Shown here one piece after another: positions 58,001 to 64,000 of a stretch of 64,000 nt of DNA. Below the pieces are notes generated by a model. That model was given only the letters and a program-made list of their open reading frames with translations, did not search any database and had not been told where the DNA came from. Both the position numbers and the translations under genes were made by a program. Source of the stretch: Tubiluchus corallicola (Eukaryota; Animalia; Priapulida); the NCBI GenBank assembly GCA_030141605.1, contig JAQGDQ010000187.1, positions 1 through 64,000 on the forward strand. Reading direction: 5' to 3'. Within the stretch, counting starts at the first letter, position 1. Each line of letters starts with the position of its first letter.

Positions 58001-61000
58001 AAGGACATGTAAAGCCAAATTGTGATTAAATATTCTTTATCTGAATAAAATGTAGGTGATACAATAAAATAATGCAAGTAAATGTCCAAAACGTGATATG
58101 CAGGAAAACCTTAAATAAAGCTTACCTCATCTCATGCAAAAACAGAAAGACAGAAAACACATACAGTAATCAAATTACTTAGACATTATCATAAAAAATC
58201 AAATAAATTAGTGGAAATTTTTTCCAGATACAAGTTGAAATTTGTTAAAACGCGTTGTAAAAAATATTGTTTTAAATTCCAGTGTGTATGATAACTTAGC
58301 GTATGTATAAGGTAGATTCAGCCACGACAGTTCCGACGTAGCAATGTATAGCAATGCGATATGCTTCATTTTTTGTGTAGGTTTTACCGATTGTTTATAT
58401 GACCTTCTAATCTGCTTTTATTAGATTTTTTAATTAAACTCTGCAATCTAATCTCTGTACGGTAGAGTTTACAACTATAACCAGTTTACTGTACATTATG
58501 TTTAATCCAACATACTGATTTTCTTTATTAGGATTTGTAATCTGCATGTTAGGCTCAAATGGTAATTGTATCTAGAAAGTAACTGGTTGCTGACTTGACA
58601 GTTTCTTTTTTTATTTTCAGATTCAGTTACGTTTGTGAGTCCACTGATAAAGATCTTCATCCTGTTGGATATTGTAACCATGTAAATCATAACCTGAGTG
58701 CACCTAAAGGTATGGCTTAGTTTAATTTTGTTTATTATATCATTTTACAACAATGTCTAACAACACAGGTCAAGTTCATCACTGCATCAAAGATCAAGTT
58801 CTCATACGTATCAATAAAATTGTTAAAGATTACATTTAAGTTAAAATTAAATGACGTATTGTAACTTAAGATTTGTCAGTCTGCTTAGAGTGTTTTTGAA
58901 GTGCAGACATTAATAGCTTTTCATGTACTAAGAGGCTGTGGTCATTCTTGAAAGCACAAGTCATTTGTTTTTAATATGTCTATTCTTTGCAGAAAAAGAG
59001 TGAGAAATTAAATATTGTGCATATTTGTAGAAAATGCACTAGGATGAAATGGTTACAAATTATTTGGTGACTGTTGTGACACACTACTTAAATAATTAAA
59101 TGTAGTGTTAAACATTTAAATGTTTTAAACAGGTTTATATTGTGGTAACAGTTTTAATTTAATTTCAAGAAATTTTTCAAGCCACTTAAAAATTTGCAGA
59201 AATTTTTTTGTTTAACTACGCATTTCATGAGGTGCATTTTTAAGATTATTCTAAATTGTTGATTTTTTAGGTGACACTGATTCCAATTTTTCTTGGCCTG
59301 ACTACTTGGAAGAAACTGGTTCAGTTCCTGTACCTTATGAGTTGTTTACAAATCCGGTATGAACATTGCTTGGCATGCGATAGGATACAATGTCTGTGTT
59401 ATTGATACTTCTTCAGTACAGCTTACATTTAGACTTTTATCATTTTACTGAGTTAGTGCTGATATTGTATGTGCAAGAATTTGATATCCTGACAGTTGTC
59501 TACAACTTATTTTTCCTTCATTTCAGGAACAACTTGACAATTCTCCACCAGACCCAGTTTATAAAAGATTTAATTTTTCTATTACAACGTGCACCTTTGA
59601 TGCCACTGTAAACCCACTAGGTATGCTGTGAATATATTTTTGTGGTGTTTTATCTTATATTAGTGTGTTACATTATAGCCAATAAAGAGCTACCAGCTCA
59701 TGTTATACATGTAAAAGATCACCTTTAAATATAATTTTATGTTATCTTATCTTCTCTTATCTTACAGTATTTGTCATTTGACTAAAGGTAAAATAAGTCA
59801 ATGTTTGCGACTGCAATATTTGTTTAATGAGAACTTTCATTTTTGTCGATTTGATGTTTTTATTTTATTTGAATGTGCAGACAAAATAAACGTTTCAGTA
59901 CTCATTTTGAGTATTAGAGATAGTAAACTGTTGCAATAATTTCAGTAAGGTATTTTCTGATATAAGTGCAGAAAACAAAACTCGTATTTTTCAGTACTAG
60001 CATGTAGTGTGAGGAAAAGCGCTGCGGTGCTGGCAAAGGTGTTCTATGGCTTAGATTCGGATAGCTACTTGTTCTCTCTGCTCCCTCTTGATTTGGATTC
60101 AACCATACTGCAATATCCATGCAGACGAGCTGTACATGATCTCAGCAGACAAATGATTTACTTTCTTTGTGCTCACAGGGGTATGAGAGCTGTTGAAACA
60201 ATTCTGACTGTTATTTTAATAATATTATCACTTCAATTATTTAGGAAGGTGAATGCCGATACAACAGTGTGTAGTAATTTTTACTGCTGCGCACATTGTT
60301 GTTGCCATCTTAAATTTCAAAATGACCACCTGCCATAAAATTATATAATGTATTAATTACCTTTGCAAGTTAGTTGTTTGTAAGACTAATTTGTCAGGCA
60401 GCTTGCAGACTGATGTCAGCAAAGTTCAGTTCAGTAGAAGAAATTGGATAAACCCATTCCTGCAGCCAAAAAAAATGAAGAAAATCATAAATAAGTGGCT
60501 TGTCAGTAGAATTATGCTTTTTAACATAAGACTGAGGTGCACATAATTCATTCTTAGGAAATGCTTATAATTTGAATTTTGTGATACATTCTTTCATTTA
60601 ATTTTTCAATTTTCCTATTTGCAAACCCTTGAAAACTGCTATATCCTATGACTGCATCCACGTTTTTAGATCATTGAGTACAATAGAGCACACTAGAACA
60701 TAGTACAACAACCAAAAATATGAATAGGGATTATGGTGAACCCATTAATTAAAAGGCATATAAAATGATATAAAATGCAAGCAGAATTTTAAAATAATCT
60801 GGCATGCATGGGATTTGTTGACTTGAAAGATAGCCACCTTATTTTGTGCCGTTTTGTGTGTTAACTTTGTTTTGCCTAAATTATAGTATCAAGAGTCTTA
60901 AGAACTAATAATCTTACTTCTATAGTATGCTTCTGTTTTTTTCCAATTTTGCTGAATACAATTAATAAAGATTAAATACATTTTATACAGTCTACAGGTC

Positions 61001-64000
61001 CTCAAAAATATAATTATTACAAAGAATTTTTGTCCAATCAACTGTAATATATAGTCAGTTTAGAGAGTGTTTTTATTTTTTAGATGCAGAGCATTTCATA
61101 GATTTGGCAGGTATTATGTATCAGCCAAGCAAGATTTCTTTCGATTCTTTGTTGTCTGATGTTTGGGTTTACTGTTGTTACGTGCTCTCTAAGAGAAAGG
61201 TATATGTTCATTCATGGTTTAGAAAGGAATAATAAATTTAATCATACTTGTTATAAATATAACTCAATAAGACAAACTCCATTTTGTGTCAACAGAAAAC
61301 ATTTGATTACTGGGATGTTGAAACAGTCGTTCTGTTGTATAACCACACTATGCCAAACATATTAAAGCAATTGAAAATATCCAAGAGCGAGCAACTAGAT
61401 TGATTGTCAAACTTAAGAATCTTAATCGACTTAAGAAACTGAAACTCCCAAGTCTGGCATTTTGGAGATATTTTTATTTTTGTTACCTGAAACACTGTTA
61501 TACTGGTACTTAAATTAAAAAAGCTACGTTCTATTTTCATCAAGATCGGTTTCACTCTTGAGGTGTAGTGTACACTCACGTCTCACTACTACAGCTCACT
61601 TAATTCGCAAGGGTTTCTCTGTCATTATCCAAGCTTGAGATATTTTTGCCATCTTGCTCTTCTTTTTACATTAGTCAGTGCCTAGAAAGTATGCCGCACA
61701 GGCTTTAATTGAAGTGCTTGCTAACTGACAACAATGTTTGGCTTTCACAGTTCAAGCTATATGCTACTGGCTATGATGCAATTTGCATTAGGGAACTGGT
61801 CAGGAGTTTAATTCTTGCACTCTTTTTTTCAGACAACCATTCCCGTCTTTGACAAGATTGTGAAAGATTCATCATCCGTGTCACTGGAGCAGGTCCTTAA
61901 ATTACAGTTTTTAGTTTTAACAAAATTTTAGTTGTTATGTTTACAGTAGCAGTTATGGTTGTGCACTTTTTGCTATCAGGTTCTTTTACCATGCAGTGAA
62001 AATCTTAGTCTTGACATCAATATTTAAAGTAAAAATAATCTGTTATTGTTTGCCTTATCAGCACTTTATAGTTGTTATGTTGTATCACTTTTGCTTGTGA
62101 TTTGTGTTAAACGTATGTAAGAGCAAAGATACCAAATAGAAATATGAATTACACTTTGCAAATACCTGTGCTACTAATAATTAGATTATTATAAATTAAT
62201 CAAGAATGCTACTTTGATATATTCTTATTTCTATTCTTCAGGTGTCGGCTGGAGTGCAGCGATTATTGTATATGTACCTTTATACAATCAGCATGTATTC
62301 TCCGTTTCTGAACATGTTTAGGCAAATTGAGGCACAAGGAGAAAACTACGAGCTTGTACTTCCTGCTAACTCGGGGGTAAAATGACCATCTTTATAAAAA
62401 TAACATCCATTTCATGGTTTAATTGCTGTTAGTTTATTAAATTGTAAATTATTTGCTGCATTAAAGTTGTTTTGTTTATTTTCTTTTATAGGAAGTTGTT
62501 GAACTTGCTAAAAGGACTGAAGGCCATTTGATTAAATTTGCTGCGAAGAACCAGATATCTCGTTACAGTTGTCCATTCCACGCTGACACTTATCGTCCCG
62601 AGGAACAACTAGAAACTATTGATGTAGCTCAGTATCTTCCATACGCGCCTTTAATTGTGAGGCTCAATTTCAGTCAAAACAACATTAAGGAACTCCCGGA
62701 ACACATTTTTCGGGATCTGTATGCACTCCAGTTTGTTGATTTCTCTAATAATAACCTAGAAACAATTCCAAGTGGTTTGCCCAATGCTAGGAATCTTGTT
62801 GCAATAAATATAGCTGGGAATAACATACAAGAATTACCAAAGGATTTCTCTGCAGCCCACTCCTTGAAATCTCTCGACATTTCCGATAATCCTTTTCACA
62901 ACATTCCCACTGAAATCTTTGCCCTGTCTGGACTGCAGGCTTTGATTGCCAAATCTCTTGTCCTTGATGTATTGCCTGATGATATAGGCAACTTACAGCA
63001 GCTGAAAACATTGGATTTATCTGAACATCAATTGAGCTTTTTGCCACAATCAATGGGCCACATGAGAGCCATGGTTCACTTTCATATCTGTGGATTAAAA
63101 TGGATAAAGCATCAAGGTTCAAATACTATTATAACAACTGAGTCATATCGGGAGTACGTTAATCACCACAGGGCCCTACGTGGCACTTATAAAAAAGTAA
63201 GTTTGTTTACCATAACATTTTATAACAACAAGTTATATTGTTTTATGTATTCTTTTTGATTTGTTTAACTGTTGTTTATTGTGAATATTATATCCCCCAA
63301 AAAGCTTTACTTTATTTCAAATTTAACAGCTGCAGCAAATCTTTTGTTATAGGGATTTGTCATACATTAATATTAAAATTTTTAATGGTACATTCAGAAT
63401 CAGAACTGATGGCGCCAAAAAACCTGTGTGAAAACTACTGTATTGAGTTAAAAGCATATCAGATGGTGGATGTGCACCAGTTATGGATACAAGATAGTTT
63501 AGCAAATATGGCTTTGTCATTAATGCTAGGCCATTACGTTTTTCAGCTGAAGCAATCTGGAGCAGGAAACCTCTTTGATTAGGCAGGGTTTTTTTGAGGC
63601 CTCCCAATGTATAAGTGCTTCTTGTTTTGGAATTTTTTACTGTACTATGTAAAGAACAGAAATTTAATACTATGTAAAGAGTATTAAAATAAACTTTTAT
63701 ACAAACATAAAATTTATTTATTTATTTTTGCAAGCCTCTTTTTACTAATTTTTTTACTCAAAAGTAAGGTGCTTATATTGGATGTAATGTTATAAGATTA
63801 TTAAAATAAACTTTTATACAAACATAAAATTTATTTATTTATTTTTGCAAGCCTCTTTTTACTAATTTTTTTACTCAAAAGTAGGGTGCTTATATTGGAT
63901 GTAATGTTATAAGATTTATTTCTCATCCAATGTAAGCATATCGGAAATGTCGAATTTGTTTAAGCTAATATTGAGCTTGTTCATGTTTTCAGGAGCTAGA
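43040..64000 (+). CDS. Large ROCO-like multidomain protein: Cys-LRR, degenerate Roc, COR, Cys-rich segment, MBT, LRR; 3'-incomplete, over 1600 aa
   Basis: 28 phase-consistent, stop-free exons (4809 nt): 43040-43119, 43862-44076, 44516-44589, 44925-45131 (GC donor), 46725-46941, 47242-47432, 48176-48295, 49052-49158, 49649-49775, 50068-50289, 50567-50767, 51157-51282, 52560-52773, 53043-53203, 53508-53655, 54033-54160, 54955-55175, 55350-55521, 55828-56085, 56645-56793, 58621-58709, 59271-59356, 59527-59620, 59995-60180, 61084-61199, 61833-61892, 62242-62376, 62492-63196. A 29th exon starts at 63993. Confidence 0.85.
44925..46941 (+). CDS. Cysteine-containing LRRs plus ROCO-type LRR cap/linker
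   Basis: LVDLDLSGVQQLT, LARVNCTGCVHLTD, LEEVIFDGCNQLSE, LEKISMAGTSV, LNLTGCPLITPPANYI. Confidence 0.8.
45962..46039. repeat. Near-perfect AT-rich palindrome around a (TA)n core
   Basis: Arms taatctacttagcttttatt / aataaaagctaagtagatta. Confidence 0.9.
46046..46295. repeat. About 120-bp tandem duplication with TA-rich microsatellite
   Basis: Two copies of ...gtatgtcaacagcttactctagtttttttctaaagcatgcaaacat. Confidence 0.85.
47242..53655 (+). CDS. Degenerate Roc followed by COR domain
   Basis: KVIIIGSTPSSHN (G1 position), LFISNRSIVVLIAD, FPNVVFILSGVQVD (G4 position). COR-like VVITDLKWAEKTFNSLF, LLEALQEFGLIIRI, LYIMSSHL, YAFSFYYQQSVGLIPILL, LWNAGFIL. Confidence 0.7.
56645..59356 (+). CDS. MBT (malignant brain tumour) repeat over three exons
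   Basis: GFQEGMKLEALDRKNPSLICVASVKKV..VEIYFDGWSESFSYVCESTDKDLHPVGYCNHVNHNLSAPKG..FSWPDYLEETGSVPVPYELF closely follows the MBT consensus. Confidence 0.92.
62492..63196 (+). CDS. Canonical 23-aa LRR array exon
   Basis: Repeated LxxLxLxxNxLxxLP units (LNFSQNNIKELP, VDFSNNNLETIP, INIAGNNIQELP, LDISDNPFHNIP, LDLSEHQLSFLP). Confidence 0.93.
63682..63916. repeat. About 117-bp tandem duplication in an intron
   Basis: Two near-identical copies of tattaaaataaacttttatacaaac...ggatgtaatgttataagatt. Confidence 0.92.

Noticed and set aside
43040-64000. Naming the gene LRRK2, MFHAS1 or L3MBTL
   Set aside because: No kinase is visible in the window, the Roc motifs are degenerate and there is only one MBT; orthology cannot be supported.

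Overview
AT-rich, intron-containing animal (invertebrate-like) genomic DNA; no prokaryotic operons, CRISPR arrays, rRNA or tRNA were recognisable. Exons below were assembled by hand from splice sites and reading-frame phase. The window holds: (1) the 3' part of an ARID4A/B-like gene (+, 2242-5945), preceded by two near-identical inverted copies of its own 3' segments in shuffled order (1-1028 and 1025-2241); (2) a probable pair of decayed, divergently oriented Ig-superfamily genes (about 9.1-12.8 kb minus, 13.2-15.4 kb plus); (3) a complete 10-exon Ena/VASP gene (-, 19293-35758, about 417 aa) whose introns carry hAT and Tc1/pogo MITEs and a Copia relic; (4) a cluster of LINE relics, one nested in another (35-42.4 kb); (5) a large gene of at least 29 exons (+, 43040 to beyond 64000, over 1600 aa) encoding Cys-containing LRRs, a degenerate Roc domain lacking GTPase motifs, COR, a Cys-rich segment, a single MBT repeat and a second canonical LRR array. 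This pseudo-ROCO/MBT protein is the most unusual object in the window.
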